A stretch of 64,000 bases of DNA from an uncultured Verrucomicrobiae bacterium (GTDB taxonomy: Bacteria; Verrucomicrobiota; Verrucomicrobiia; Chthoniobacterales; JAATET01): positions 430,794-494,793 of the forward strand of contig CAVXHK010000003.1 of NCBI GenBank assembly GCA_963761705.1. Reading direction: 5' to 3'. Below, in pieces: positions 38,916 to 48,724 of this stretch. Numbering within the stretch: position 1 is the stretch's first letter; each line of letters begins with the position of its first letter. The notes beneath the pieces are model-generated. The model was not told the origin of the DNA, searched no databases, and saw nothing but the letters and a program-made list of their open reading frames with translations. The translations under genes were made by a program, and so were the position numbers.

Positions 38916-39896
38916 TCAAATGAACTCGCCGAGGAGTTTGTCGAAGCGTTTGGCGGGATTGCTGTAGGCGGGGTAGGATTTTCCTTCGGTGTTTTCCGGG
39001 CGGAAGCGCCACTGTTTGTAGGCCCAGAGCCAGCACTCGGGGCGGGCGCGGATGGCGGGTTCCATCGCGTCCCAGCAGGCTTGGGTGATTGCTTGCGGCG
39101 TGGCGTTGGCTGGGAGTTCGATGGGGGGATGGTAGGTCATTTCGAAGCGGCCATTGGGGGCGGGGCGCACTTCGCAGGGAACGGGGAGAGCGTTGGCGCG
39201 TTGGACAACGACGGCGAGGAGCGGCGAGACGGGGGTCCAGAGGCCAAAGCATCGGATTGGGATGGCTCCGTGCTTGGGGTCGAGGGATAGGTCGGTGACG
39301 GCTCCGGTTTTTCCACCGGCCTTGAGGTGCTTGAGGAGGCGGACGAGGGCGCGGGTTTGCGGGATGACGGTGTGGCCGCAGCTGGATCGGAGGGAATCGA
39401 AGATCGGACCGAGGAGGGGGTTCTTAAACTGCTGGGTGACGATGAGGCCGGGGGTGACGGCGTGGGCGCTGGCGTGTCCGAACCATTCGAAATTCGAGAA
39501 ATGGAAGGTGTAGTAGAGGGCGGCACGGGTGTTGTCCAAGTGGACGGGGTGGTCTTGGAGGCCTTCGATACTGACGAAGTGGTCGATATTTGCGCGGTTG
39601 AGATTGGGGGACCAGAAGAGGCAGAGCATGGCGCGGGCAAAGCTCTGGTAGCTGGCTCGGGCGATCTGGGCGCGGTCGTCGGCGGTTTTTTCCGGGAAGA
39701 CGACCGCTAGATTCGCGTGAGCGTTGGACCGGCCGCGGGCGTCGAGGTGGTAAGCGGCGGAGCCGACCGCGGTGGCGAGGGGTTCGAGGGCTTCGTAGGG
39801 GAGGAGGGGAATGAGGTCGGCGGCAGCGCGGAGGGCGGCGTGTTCCAAGCGGTAGCGGAGACGCTTGAGGGCGGGGAGCGTGGAAAGGTCGGGCAC
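38916..39896 (-). CDS. Lipid A late acyltransferase (LpxL/HtrB family)
   Basis: HFSNFEW, D....P..G, IRARPECWLWAYKQWR. Probable GTG start at 39896. Confidence 0.82.
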   Translation of the reverse strand: MPDLSTLPALKRLRYRLEHAALRAAADLIPLLPYEALEPLATAVGSAAYHLDARGRSNAHANLAVVFPEKTADDRAQIARASYQSFARAMLCLFWSPNLNRANIDHFVSIEGLQDHPVHLDNTRAALYYTFHFSNFEWFGHASAHAVTPGLIVTQQFKNPLLGPIFDSLRSSCGHTVIPQTRALVRLLKHLKAGGKTGAVTDLSLDPKHGAIPIRCFGLWTPVSPLLAVVVQRANALPVPCEVRPAPNGRFEMTYHPPIELPANATPQAITQACWDAMEPAIRARPECWLWAYKQWRFRPENTEGKSYPAYSNPAKRFDKLLGEFI

Positions 39897-39941
39897 CGGA
39901 GAATTCGAAATTGCCAATGTGGAATTAGAAATGGCGAGCCG

Positions 39942-41459
39942 CTACGCGGGTTTGGTTTCGATTCTCGGAAAGACGGGAGTTGGGGTGCCGAGGGTATGTC
40001 GGTCGGGGAGACCGCCCCAGTCGGTGTGCGCGAGGGTGAGGGTGACGGGGTCGATGGCGAGTTGAGAGGCGATCTTTTCTGCGGATGACGGGACGATCGG
40101 AGCGAGGAGGATCGCGAGGATGCGGGTGGTTTCCGCCAGGTGGTAGAGGACCTTGTCGAGCTGGGCGGCGTTGGCTTCCTCTTTGGAAAGTTTCCAAGGG
40201 GCGGTTTGGTCGACGTATTGGTTCGCGGCGTTGGCGAGGGTGACGATGGCGTCGATGGCGGCGCGGGGGTCGCGGCGCTCGAAGGCGGCGTGGTAGTTGG
40301 CGACGGCGGTCTCGGCGGCGGGTCGGAGGCCCTCGGTGGCGTTGGAGCGGAGGGTGCCGGCCCGGTATTTTTTTGCCATGTTGAGGGTGCGGTTGAGCAG
40401 GTTCCCGATGCCGTTGGCGAGGTCGGCGTTGACGCGTTCTTCGAGCCGGGTAGGATTGAAATCGGCGTCGCGGCCGGTGACGATGTCGGCGAGGAGATAA
40501 TAGCGGACGGCGTCGGGGCCGTATTTTTCGATGAGTTCGGCGGGGTCGATGACGTTGCCGAGGCTCTTGCTGATCTTGGCGCCGGAGAGGTTCCACCAGC
40601 CGTGGACGAGGAGCGGCGGGATGTCGTCGTCGGCGAACCCGATGGCGTGAAGCATGATGGGCCAGTAGACGCCGTGGGCTGGGATGAGGATGTCTTTGCC
40701 GATCACGTGGAGCGACGGCGGGCGGAAGTGGTCGGAGCCGTAGCCGCCGAAGGAGATGTAGTTGATGAGGGCGTCGAACCAGACGTAGGTGACAAAGTCG
40801 GCATCGAAAGGGAGCTCGATGCCCCACTGGAGGCGCGTCTTCGGGCGGGAGATGCAGAGGTCTCCGGTGAGGCGCTCGACGGCGTTGCGAAGCTCGGTGA
40901 GGCGGAAGGAGGGGGTGACGTGAGTGGGCCGGGCGTCGAGGAAGGCGAGGAGCCAGTCGCGGTGCTGGGCGAGCCGGAAGTAGTAATTTTCTTCGTCGAT
41001 CTCGACGACCTCGCCCCACTCGGGACCGAAGTTGCCGTCGGGTGCGCGCTCTTTCTCGGTGACGAATTGCTCCTGACGGACGCTGTAAAAACCGGACTGA
41101 GTGGATTTGTAAATGTGGCCCGAGTCGTAGAGGCGTTGGAGGATGGCTTGCACGCAGCGGACGTGGAGCGGATCGGTGGTGGCCGCCCAGGCATCGTGGC
41201 TGATGTCGAGTTTGGCCCAAAGTTCGCGGGCTTGATCGCTGAGCTTGGCAACGAATTTGGCGGGGGGAACGCCGAGCTTCTCGGCGGATTGCTGAACTTT
41301 CTGGCCGTATTGGTCGACCCCGGTGAGGAAGAAGACTTCGCGTCCGAGGCCGCGCTGGTAACGGGCGAGGGAGTCGGCGAGGACTTTTTCGTAGGCGTGG
41401 CCGATGTGCGGCGCGCCGTTGGTGTAGTCGATGGCGGTGGTGATGAAATACGGTGTCAC
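39942..41459 (-). CDS. metG: Methionine--tRNA ligase (short form)
   Basis: ITTAIDYTNGAPHIGH, YVWFDALINY, GKDI...H, KISKSLGN, DLAN..GNLLNR. Confidence 0.93.
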   Translation of the reverse strand: MTPYFITTAIDYTNGAPHIGHAYEKVLADSLARYQRGLGREVFFLTGVDQYGQKVQQSAEKLGVPPAKFVAKLSDQARELWAKLDISHDAWAATTDPLHVRCVQAILQRLYDSGHIYKSTQSGFYSVRQEQFVTEKERAPDGNFGPEWGEVVEIDEENYYFRLAQHRDWLLAFLDARPTHVTPSFRLTELRNAVERLTGDLCISRPKTRLQWGIELPFDADFVTYVWFDALINYISFGGYGSDHFRPPSLHVIGKDILIPAHGVYWPIMLHAIGFADDDIPPLLVHGWWNLSGAKISKSLGNVIDPAELIEKYGPDAVRYYLLADIVTGRDADFNPTRLEERVNADLANGIGNLLNRTLNMAKKYRAGTLRSNATEGLRPAAETAVANYHAAFERRDPRAAIDAIVTLANAANQYVDQTAPWKLSKEEANAAQLDKVLYHLAETTRILAILLAPIVPSSAEKIASQLAIDPVTLTLAHTDWGGLPDRHTLGTPTPVFPRIETKPA

Positions 41460-41556
41460 GATCCCGTGCAGGGAATCACACCGAGGGGCGGGCGGACGAG
41501 GGGAAATGGTGGGGCGAGTTTTTCACCGGAAGGGGGGAAGAAGTCGAAGGAGTGAT

Positions 41557-43899
41557 CTAGCGGCGGATGACCCGGAGCTTGAGAACCTTGGACCGGTTGC
41601 CGGCAGCGTCGAAGGCGCGGATCTTGACGAGGGTCGTGCGCTTGTCGGGATCTGGACGAACGACGGCGCGCCAGCGGGGGCCGGGTCCTCGGGTGGGCTT
41701 GAAGCCGCCGCGTTGGCCGCGAATTTTGAACTCGACGCGGGCGATGGAGACGTTGTCGGTGGCCTGACCGCGGAAGACGATGCGGCGGCGGGTGGACTCG
41801 ACGCGGCGGCGGCCTTGGACGCGGACGCGCGGTCGCGTGAGGTCGGGCGCGATGGCGGGAGGGGTGGTGGGTGGAATGAAGAAGACGTAGGCGGCACCGG
41901 AGTCACTCGCAGTGTTGTCGTTGATGGCGAGGGGATTATTGATGCCGGCGGCGTTGCTGTCTTCCCGGGTGGCTCCGATGATTGCGGTGTCGCCCGAGAT
42001 CGCGACCGAGCCGCCGAACTCGTCATCAGGATCGGCGTTGGCGGATTTAAGGTAGGCTCGTTGGAACCAGGTGGTGCCGGAGCGGGAGAAAAGGTAAGCC
42101 GCGCCGGACTCGCCGGTCGTGTTGTCGGCTTGCTCACCGTCGACGCCGGTGGCGATGGAGTCCTCGAAGATCGCCCCGACGACGAGATTCGCTCCCGAAA
42201 GCGCAACGGATCGGCCGAATTGGTCGCTGAGCTCGGCGTTGGAGGCTTTGAGGTAAGTTTCGGGAAACCACGTCGTGCCGCTTCGGACGAAGGCGTAGGC
42301 CGCGCCGGCATCGAAGGTGAGGTTGCCGGTCTGGTCGCCGTTGATGCCGGTTGCGCCGCTGTCTTCGAACGGGGCGCCGACGACGAGACTGTCTCCCGAG
42401 ATGGCGAGCGCCGTGCCGAATGAGTCTGCCCCATCGGTGTTTGTCGACTTGGCGTAGGCTTGCTGGGTCCACGTGGTGCCCGAGCGAATGAAGACGTAAG
42501 CCGCTCCGGATCCGGCGCTGGCGTTGTCGGTCTGGTCGCCGCCGATGCCGGTCGCGCTGCTGTCTTCGAGGGGGGCGCCCACGGCGACGGTGTCGCCGGA
42601 GATGGAAACGGCGGTGCCGAAGCGGTCGCCAGCGTCGGAGTTCGACGCTTTGAGGTAGGCTTGCTGACTCCAGAGGTTACCCACCCGAGCGAACACGTAA
42701 GCGGCTCCCGCGCTTGGCGCAGCGCTATTGAGTTGGTTGCCGTTGATGAAATTCGAGTCGCTGTCTTCGAACCGGGCACCGACGACGATGGTGTCGCCCG
42801 AAATGGCGACCGCGCTGCCAAACTCATCGTTGGCGTCGGAGTTCAGCGCCTTGAGGTAGGCTTGCTGGGACCAGGCGGCTCCGGTGCGGACGAAGACGTA
42901 GGCGGCTCCGGCGGCCGAGGCGGCGCTGTTGTTCTGATTGCCGTTGACCCCGTTGGAGTCGCTGTCCTCGAGGTTTGCGCCGACGACGGCGGTGTCGCCG
43001 GAGATCGCGACCGCCGCGCCGAAGTTGTCGCTGTCGTCGGTGTTGGAGGCTTTGAGGTAGGCCTGCTGGATCCAGGTCGTGCCGCTGCGGACAAAGACGT
43101 AGGCCGCACCGGCGGAGTTGAGGCCGTTGTTCGTCTGGTCGCCGCCGATGCCTTCGGCGGTGCTTTCCTCGCCGGTGGCTCCGACGATGGCGGTGTCGCC
43201 GGAGATCGCGACCGCGCCGCCGAAGCGGTCGCCCGCGTCGGTGTTCGAAGCTTTGAAGAAGGCCTGCTGGGCGACGGGGTCGATCGTGACCGGGTAGCGG
43301 GCGTCACGGTCGTCGACTTCGATGGCAAAGCCTTTGGCACGGGGGACAAAGCGAGTGGGCAGAGTGCGCCCGTCGGCGTCCCAGGCCAGGAGACCGTCGT
43401 AAGTGAGAATGGTCGCGCCGGCTGGGTTGGTGAACTGGACGACGTCGGGGGTGACCGTCGGGGCGAGGCTGCCGCGGACGGCGAGGCTGAGAAGCAACGG
43501 ATCGCCGTCACTGGCGGCGGGGCGTTTGGTGAGGGTCCAACCCTGCTGGAGGCCGTGGGGGTGATTGACGAACCACTCGGAGAGCGCGGGTGAGCGGCGA
43601 ATGGCGAGGCGGTTTTCGTCGGCGGTCGCCGAGTTGGCGGGATCGCGCTTGGCGAGTTCAAGCCCCCAGGTCCAGTCGGCGCCGTCGGGGGTGGCGAGGA
43701 AGCCGCGGTCGTCGAAGGCGATTGTCCAACCCTGGGAGGGATTGCGGGCGACGTGGGTGCCGTCTGGTTGGACGGTGATCCGGTTTCTCCAGGCATCGTG
43801 GGCGGCTCGGATGCCGGTCCAGTCGGAGTTGGCGATGGGGGCACCGTGCGCGCCGGTGAGAGTGGCGGCGATGGTGAGAGCGAGGAGTAACGATTTCAT
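41557..43899 (-). CDS. Secreted FG-GAP (integrin-like) seven-repeat protein with Arg-rich C-terminal domain
   Basis: Signal peptide; YPVTIDP; seven ~67-aa repeats QQAYLKASN..D.FG.AVAISGDT.VVGA...GAAYVF; basic ~95-aa C-terminal domain. Confidence 0.88.
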   Translation of the reverse strand: MKSLLLALTIAATLTGAHGAPIANSDWTGIRAAHDAWRNRITVQPDGTHVARNPSQGWTIAFDDRGFLATPDGADWTWGLELAKRDPANSATADENRLAIRRSPALSEWFVNHPHGLQQGWTLTKRPAASDGDPLLLSLAVRGSLAPTVTPDVVQFTNPAGATILTYDGLLAWDADGRTLPTRFVPRAKGFAIEVDDRDARYPVTIDPVAQQAFFKASNTDAGDRFGGAVAISGDTAIVGATGEESTAEGIGGDQTNNGLNSAGAAYVFVRSGTTWIQQAYLKASNTDDSDNFGAAVAISGDTAVVGANLEDSDSNGVNGNQNNSAASAAGAAYVFVRTGAAWSQQAYLKALNSDANDEFGSAVAISGDTIVVGARFEDSDSNFINGNQLNSAAPSAGAAYVFARVGNLWSQQAYLKASNSDAGDRFGTAVSISGDTVAVGAPLEDSSATGIGGDQTDNASAGSGAAYVFIRSGTTWTQQAYAKSTNTDGADSFGTALAISGDSLVVGAPFEDSGATGINGDQTGNLTFDAGAAYAFVRSGTTWFPETYLKASNAELSDQFGRSVALSGANLVVGAIFEDSIATGVDGEQADNTTGESGAAYLFSRSGTTWFQRAYLKSANADPDDEFGGSVAISGDTAIIGATREDSNAAGINNPLAINDNTASDSGAAYVFFIPPTTPPAIAPDLTRPRVRVQGRRRVESTRRRIVFRGQATDNVSIARVEFKIRGQRGGFKPTRGPGPRWRAVVRPDPDKRTTLVKIRAFDAAGNRSKVLKLRVIRR

Positions 43900-43982
43900 G
43901 GACCAGTGAGATTTGCCGGAGTGACCCGCTAACGACCGCGACGGCCGGCGGGAACTGGGAGGTATCTCCGGGAGTTTTTTTG

Positions 43983-44011
43983 ATTGTCGCGCTCGAGAAG
44001 CTTCGGTTCAA
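43983..44011 (-). promoter_or_regulatory. Sigma-70-like promoter for the FG-GAP gene
   Basis: Minus strand TTGAAC-N17-GACAAT with an AT-rich upstream tract. Confidence 0.4.
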
Positions 44012-44390
44012 GGGAAACTTCGTAACCAGATAAGTATCATAACATATTAAACGGCGAAACTCCGCGACCGAGCCTCGCAAAGGCCCGGTCGCGCACGCTG
44101 ACGCGATGGTGGACGTGACGAGACCTCGGCGGGAAAAGTCTGCGGGTGTGACTGCGAAGGCCGCCAAGCGGGCAGGACAAGGTCGCCGAGCGGAAGGCGC
44201 GCTTGGTGCCCGCGGAGGGCTGGGAAACACGTGGGCGCGGGTTCGGCTGACGACCCGGCGAACGACCGTGCGAGGAATCGTAAGCTGGGAATGGACGCTG
44301 GCTCTTTCCGGTCACAGAGGGCGGTCGAAAAGGGATGTTCCAAGGCGACTTCGTGATCGGATGAGATTGGTAAGAAAACCCGGGGTAGAC

Positions 44391-44840
44391 TCAATCGCGT
44401 GACCGTCGCCGCATCCGAACGCGGAGGGGAGCGGACTCGGTGCCGGCAAGATCGGTGGCGGTGACGACAACGAAACTGACGCCGCGGGCGGCGCGGATCC
44501 GCCGACTCCAAGCGGATCCGCTGACGCTGGCGGGAATGGCGCGACCGCGGGTGAGGACGGTGACCGAGCTGAGGGGAAGCAGGCTGGCGGCGACGCCGCG
44601 CAATCGGACGCGGGCGCGGGTGAGGCGGCGGAGTTTGCCCGGCTTCCGAACGGAAACGACGGGTTGGCCGTTGGGCAGGATGGTGGCGGTGATGGAATCG
44701 AGGACGAGCGGGGGATCGCCGAAGCCCCGGGTGATCTCGAACTCGAGGACGTGGGAGGTGGCCGTCGCGAGGGCATCGAAGGTCTGGGTATTCCACGGAT
44801 TGCCGTCGATCCCCGAGACGAACAGCTCCGGCGTTTCCAA
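44391..44840 (-). pseudogene. Short or 5'-truncated ORF ending in the same Arg-rich C-terminal domain
   Basis: PVVSVRKPGKLRRLTRARVRLRGVA...W.RRIR...V.ATDLAGTES.PLRVRMRRR. No signal peptide; TTG start only 27 nt from the divergent pssA start. Confidence 0.55.
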
Positions 44841-44867
44841 CGCGGTCCGGTTCTGTATTCTGCCGCG

Positions 44868-45677
44868 ATGCGGGACCCGAACGAGCCGAAGATTTACCTG
44901 TTGCCGAACCTGATGACGGCGGGGAATCTGTTCTGTGGGTTTGCGGCGGTGCTGCGGATCATCGAGGGGACGCTGCTCAGCAACGGGGAGGCGCTGGCGA
45001 GTGGGAAGTATCACGAGGCGATTGCGTTTATCCTGGGGGCCTGCGTTTTTGATCTGCTGGACGGGCGGGTGGCGCGCTTGGGGGGGAACGAGAGTCCGTT
45101 TGGGCGGGAATTCGACTCCTTGGCCGACGTGGTGAGCTTCGGGGTGGCTCCGGCGTTGCTCGTCTTCGACATCGTGCTGAGGGAGTTCACGCGGACGGGG
45201 TGGGTGATCGCCTTTTTCTACCTGCTGTGCGGGACGCTCAGGTTGGCCCGTTTTAATTGCGTGGCGGCGTTGAGCAGCGAGCAGGCGAACAAGGAGTTTC
45301 GGGGGTTCCCGATCCCGGCGGCGGCGGGGGTGATCGCGTCTCTGACGCTCTTCATGCTGTGGATGGAGGAGGGGCAGCGGGAGATCGGGAACTGGAAATT
45401 CGTGCTGCCGCCGCTGATGGTTTTCCTGTCGGTGCTGATGTTCAGCGGGGTGCGGTATCCGAGTTTCAAGTCGATCAATTGGCGGACGCAGCGGTCGATT
45501 CCGGCGTTTTTGATTCTGATCGTGGTGCTGGTCTTCAGCGCTTTGAATTACGAGTGGATGCCGGCGATTTTGTTCGTCGCGTATCTGGTTTACGGGTTTG
45601 TGCGGCCCTACATTTCGAAGGCGTGGCGGCGGACTTTCGAGGATGACGCGGAGGATCCGAACGGCGATGCAGCTTGA
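44868..45677 (+). CDS. pssA: CDP-diacylglycerol--serine O-phosphatidyltransferase
   Basis: LPNLMTAGNLFCG, DLLDGRVAR...FGREFDSLADVVSFGVAPA, LRLARFN. Confidence 0.92.
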   Translation: MRDPNEPKIYLLPNLMTAGNLFCGFAAVLRIIEGTLLSNGEALASGKYHEAIAFILGACVFDLLDGRVARLGGNESPFGREFDSLADVVSFGVAPALLVFDIVLREFTRTGWVIAFFYLLCGTLRLARFNCVAALSSEQANKEFRGFPIPAAAGVIASLTLFMLWMEEGQREIGNWKFVLPPLMVFLSVLMFSGVRYPSFKSINWRTQRSIPAFLILIVVLVFSALNYEWMPAILFVAYLVYGFVRPYISKAWRRTFEDDAEDPNGDAA

Positions 45678-47061
45678 TTTTTCGCTGAGCGAACCGGACG
45701 ACGCCGACGCGGACGGAGTGGTTGAGGACGAGGGGCCGCGGGTGTTTTCCGTGGGGGAATTGACGCGCGCGGTGCGCGACGTGCTGGAGGGCGAGATCGG
45801 GGAGGTGTGGGTGCAGGGGGAGGTGTCAAATCACCGCCTGCAGTCTTCGGGGCACCAGTATTTCACGCTGAAGGACGCGAGGAGTCAGGTTTCTTGCGTG
45901 CTGTTTGCGGGGGCCGCGCGGCGGGCGGGTCCGGCGCGGTTGGCGGACGGGGTGGAGGTGCAGGTCTTCGGTGAGCTGACGGTTTACGAAGCGCGGGGGC
46001 AATATCAGCTCGTGGTGCGGCAGGTCCGGGAAGCGGGGGTCGGGGCCTTGCAGGCGAAATTCGAGGCGCTGAAAGCGCGTTTGGCGGCGGAGGGCTTGTT
46101 CGACGTGGAGCGGAAGCGGGAGTTGCCACGGTTTCCGAGGCGGATCGGGGTGGTGACGTCGCCGACGGGCGCGGCGGTGCGGGATTTTCTCAACGTGCTG
46201 ACTCGGCGGATGCCGGGGGTCGAGGTGCTGGTGCATCCGGTGCGGGTTCAGGGGAAGGGGGCGGCGGCGGAGATCGCGGCGGCGGTGCGAGATTTTTCCG
46301 AGGAGGGATTGCTGCCGGAAGTGGATCTGGTGGTGGTGACGCGGGGGGGTGGGAGTTTGGAAGATCTGTGGGAGTTCAACGAGGAGGTGGTGGCGCGGGC
46401 GATCGCGGAGTCGGCGGTCCCGGTGGTGAACGCGGTCGGGCACGAGATCGATTTCACGATCGCAGATTTTGTGGCGGATTTGCGGGCTCCGACGCCGAGC
46501 GCGGCGGCGGAATTAGTCGCGCCGGACGGGGCGGAGCTGCGGCGGGTCGTGGAGGCAGCTGGGGTGAGGCTGCGGCGGGAATTGGGGTCGGCGGTGCGGT
46601 TCGCGCGGACGCGGCTGGATGGCTTGGTGGGCGTTGGGTTGGGTCGGGTGCCGGAGCGGGTGCTCCGGGAACGGCGTCAGGTGGTGGATGGATTGGCCGA
46701 GGATCTGCTGGCATCGGTGAAGGATGGGGTGCACGAGCGGCGGGAGCGGGTGCGATACGCGGGCGAAGTGCTGCGGGCGCGGCGGCCGGACGCAGCGCTG
46801 GCCGTTGTGCGGGAGCGGCTGGGGGAGGTCGGGAAACGACTGCTGGAACTGACTGAGCGCCGGGTTAGGGACGACCGGCGGCGGGTGGAGTCGGCGCGGG
46901 GGTTGCTGGCGGTGCTGAGTCCACGGGCGACCTTGGCGCGCGGGTTCACGATGACGATGGGCGCGGACGGGAAGGTGGTGCGGCGGGCGGCGGGGGTGTC
47001 GGCGGGGGATGAGTTGGTGACGCGGTTCGCGGATGGGGACGTGGGGGTGCGGGTGAGATGA
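45667..47061 (+). CDS. xseA: Exodeoxyribonuclease VII large subunit
   Basis: VWVQGEVSN...SGHQYFTLKD, VTSPTGAAVRD, RGGGSLEDLW.FN, VGHEIDFTIADFVAD.RAPTPSAAAE. Confidence 0.96.
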   Translation: MQLDFSLSEPDDADADGVVEDEGPRVFSVGELTRAVRDVLEGEIGEVWVQGEVSNHRLQSSGHQYFTLKDARSQVSCVLFAGAARRAGPARLADGVEVQVFGELTVYEARGQYQLVVRQVREAGVGALQAKFEALKARLAAEGLFDVERKRELPRFPRRIGVVTSPTGAAVRDFLNVLTRRMPGVEVLVHPVRVQGKGAAAEIAAAVRDFSEEGLLPEVDLVVVTRGGGSLEDLWEFNEEVVARAIAESAVPVVNAVGHEIDFTIADFVADLRAPTPSAAAELVAPDGAELRRVVEAAGVRLRRELGSAVRFARTRLDGLVGVGLGRVPERVLRERRQVVDGLAEDLLASVKDGVHERRERVRYAGEVLRARRPDAALAVVRERLGEVGKRLLELTERRVRDDRRRVESARGLLAVLSPRATLARGFTMTMGADGKVVRRAAGVSAGDELVTRFADGDVGVRVR

Positions 47062-47152
47062 TTTTTTCCGGAAGAGGTGAAGAATTTCTCGGTCGCGAGC
47101 TTTCACGGAACGGGATTGAGTTCCGAGGGCAGGTCGCGATGGTGGATTCCAA

Positions 47153-47854
47153 ATGAGCGTCCTTCGTCGGATTTTCCATTGGCCTCGGCGGCACGTGGCT
47201 TTGTTGGTCACGTTGGTCACGGTGATGCTGGTGCAGCCGCTGGCTCACGAGATGCGGGCGGCTTGGGGGGCTTACGATGCGCTGGCGTCGGTGATCGCGC
47301 TGGCGGTGTTGCTCTTCGTCTTCGATTCGCGGCGGGAGCGCTTGCTTTCGACTGCGCTGCTGGCTCCGGCGGCGTTGGCGGCGGTTGTGCGTTACTGGGA
47401 GGCGGGGGAAAAGTCCTTTCTGCCGCTGGAATTGATTTTTCACTTCAGCACGCTGGTTTTCTACGGTTACGCGGCGGGGGTGATTTTGCACGGTATCGTC
47501 AAGCGGCGGGGCGTGCGGGCGGATGACGTGATCGGGGCGCTGTGCAGCTATCTGCTGCTGGGGCTGGCTTGGTCGAGCTTGTATCAGGCGATCGAACTGT
47601 GGTCGCCGGGGTCGTTCGTGATCCACTCCGACATGGCGGTGAATCTGACGAGTCGGCACGCGCGGCAGGCGTTGTTCAATTACTTTAGTTTTGTCACGTT
47701 GACGACGCTGGGTTACGGCGACGTGACTCCGGTCAATCACGTGGCGGCGACGTTCGCCTGGCTGGAGGCGACGTTTGGACAGTTTTACATCGCCGTGGTG
47801 GTGGCGCAGGTCGTCGGATTTCGGATGGCACAGGCGGGGCGGACGCGGGGCTGA
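47153..47854 (+). CDS. Potassium channel family protein
   Basis: Pore signature YFSFVTLTTLGYGDVTP. Confidence 0.85.
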   Translation: MSVLRRIFHWPRRHVALLVTLVTVMLVQPLAHEMRAAWGAYDALASVIALAVLLFVFDSRRERLLSTALLAPAALAAVVRYWEAGEKSFLPLELIFHFSTLVFYGYAAGVILHGIVKRRGVRADDVIGALCSYLLLGLAWSSLYQAIELWSPGSFVIHSDMAVNLTSRHARQALFNYFSFVTLTTLGYGDVTPVNHVAATFAWLEATFGQFYIAVVVAQVVGFRMAQAGRTRG

Positions 47855-47887
47855 TTTTTGGACCGCAGGCAGGGGAGAAGCTGAAGA

Positions 47888-48724
47888 GTGAGCGGGTTTT
47901 TTGGGATCGGGCTTGTGGAAAAACGGATTCTCCCGCTTATTTCACGCGTGGTGCGATTTCTCGGCAGGCAGGCTCTCGGCGTCGTCGCCGAGTTGGGTGA
48001 TTACGCTGTTTTTACCGGGACGTCATTTCGGGCGGCGGTCGGTTCGCGGCGGCTCGGGCGACGGGTCGCGCGGGCGATTTATGAGCAGGGGACGTTGTGT
48101 CTGCCGGTCATTCTGATCGTGGGGACGTTCACGGGTCTGGTCTTGGGGCTGCAGGGGTATTACGTGTTGAACCGCTTCGGTTCGGAAGGATTGCTGGGAG
48201 CGCTCGTCTCACTGAGTCTGGTTCGGGAAATGGCTCCCGTGCTCGCGGCGCTCATGCTGGTCGGGCAAGCCGGGTCGGCTTTGGCTGCTGAGTTGGGTAT
48301 CCAGCGCAACACCGAGCAGATCGTCGCGCTCGAGACGATGGGGGCAAGCAGTCATGGGTACCTCGTCGCGCCGCGGTTGCTGGCGTCGCTGGTGACTTTT
48401 CCGCTGCAGACGGCGCTGTTCGTCGGCGTGGGCTTGTGGGGTGGAAGTTTGTCGGGATCGCTGCTTTTGGGGGTGGAGTCAGGGGTTTATTGGTCGTCGG
48501 TCGAGCGGGCGGTCGGAGTGGAAGACGTGCGGGAGTGTTTCATCAAAGCAGCGGCGTTTGGGGTTCTCACGATCAGCGTCTGCGCGTTTCACGGCTTCAA
48601 CGCTCACCGGTGCCGGTCAGCGACGGGGGCGCGGGCGGTGAGTGCTTCGTCGACGCGGGCGGTTGTGCACTCGAGCATTCTCGTGCTGGCGGCGGATTAC
48701 GCGATTACCTCGTTTTTGGTCTGA
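47888..48724 (+). CDS. mlaE: ABC permease, MlaE family
   Basis: REMAPVLAAL, GSALAAELG...EQIVALETMG...LVAPR. Confidence 0.88.
   Translation: MSGFFGIGLVEKRILPLISRVVRFLGRQALGVVAELGDYAVFTGTSFRAAVGSRRLGRRVARAIYEQGTLCLPVILIVGTFTGLVLGLQGYYVLNRFGSEGLLGALVSLSLVREMAPVLAALMLVGQAGSALAAELGIQRNTEQIVALETMGASSHGYLVAPRLLASLVTFPLQTALFVGVGLWGGSLSGSLLLGVESGVYWSSVERAVGVEDVRECFIKAAAFGVLTISVCAFHGFNAHRCRSATGARAVSASSTRAVVHSSILVLAADYAITSFLV

Noticed and set aside
41880-43280. Regular ~200-nt DNA repeats as a CRISPR or non-coding array
   Set aside because: They are the coding FG-GAP repeats; no constant repeat/unique spacer pattern or cas genes anywhere in the window.
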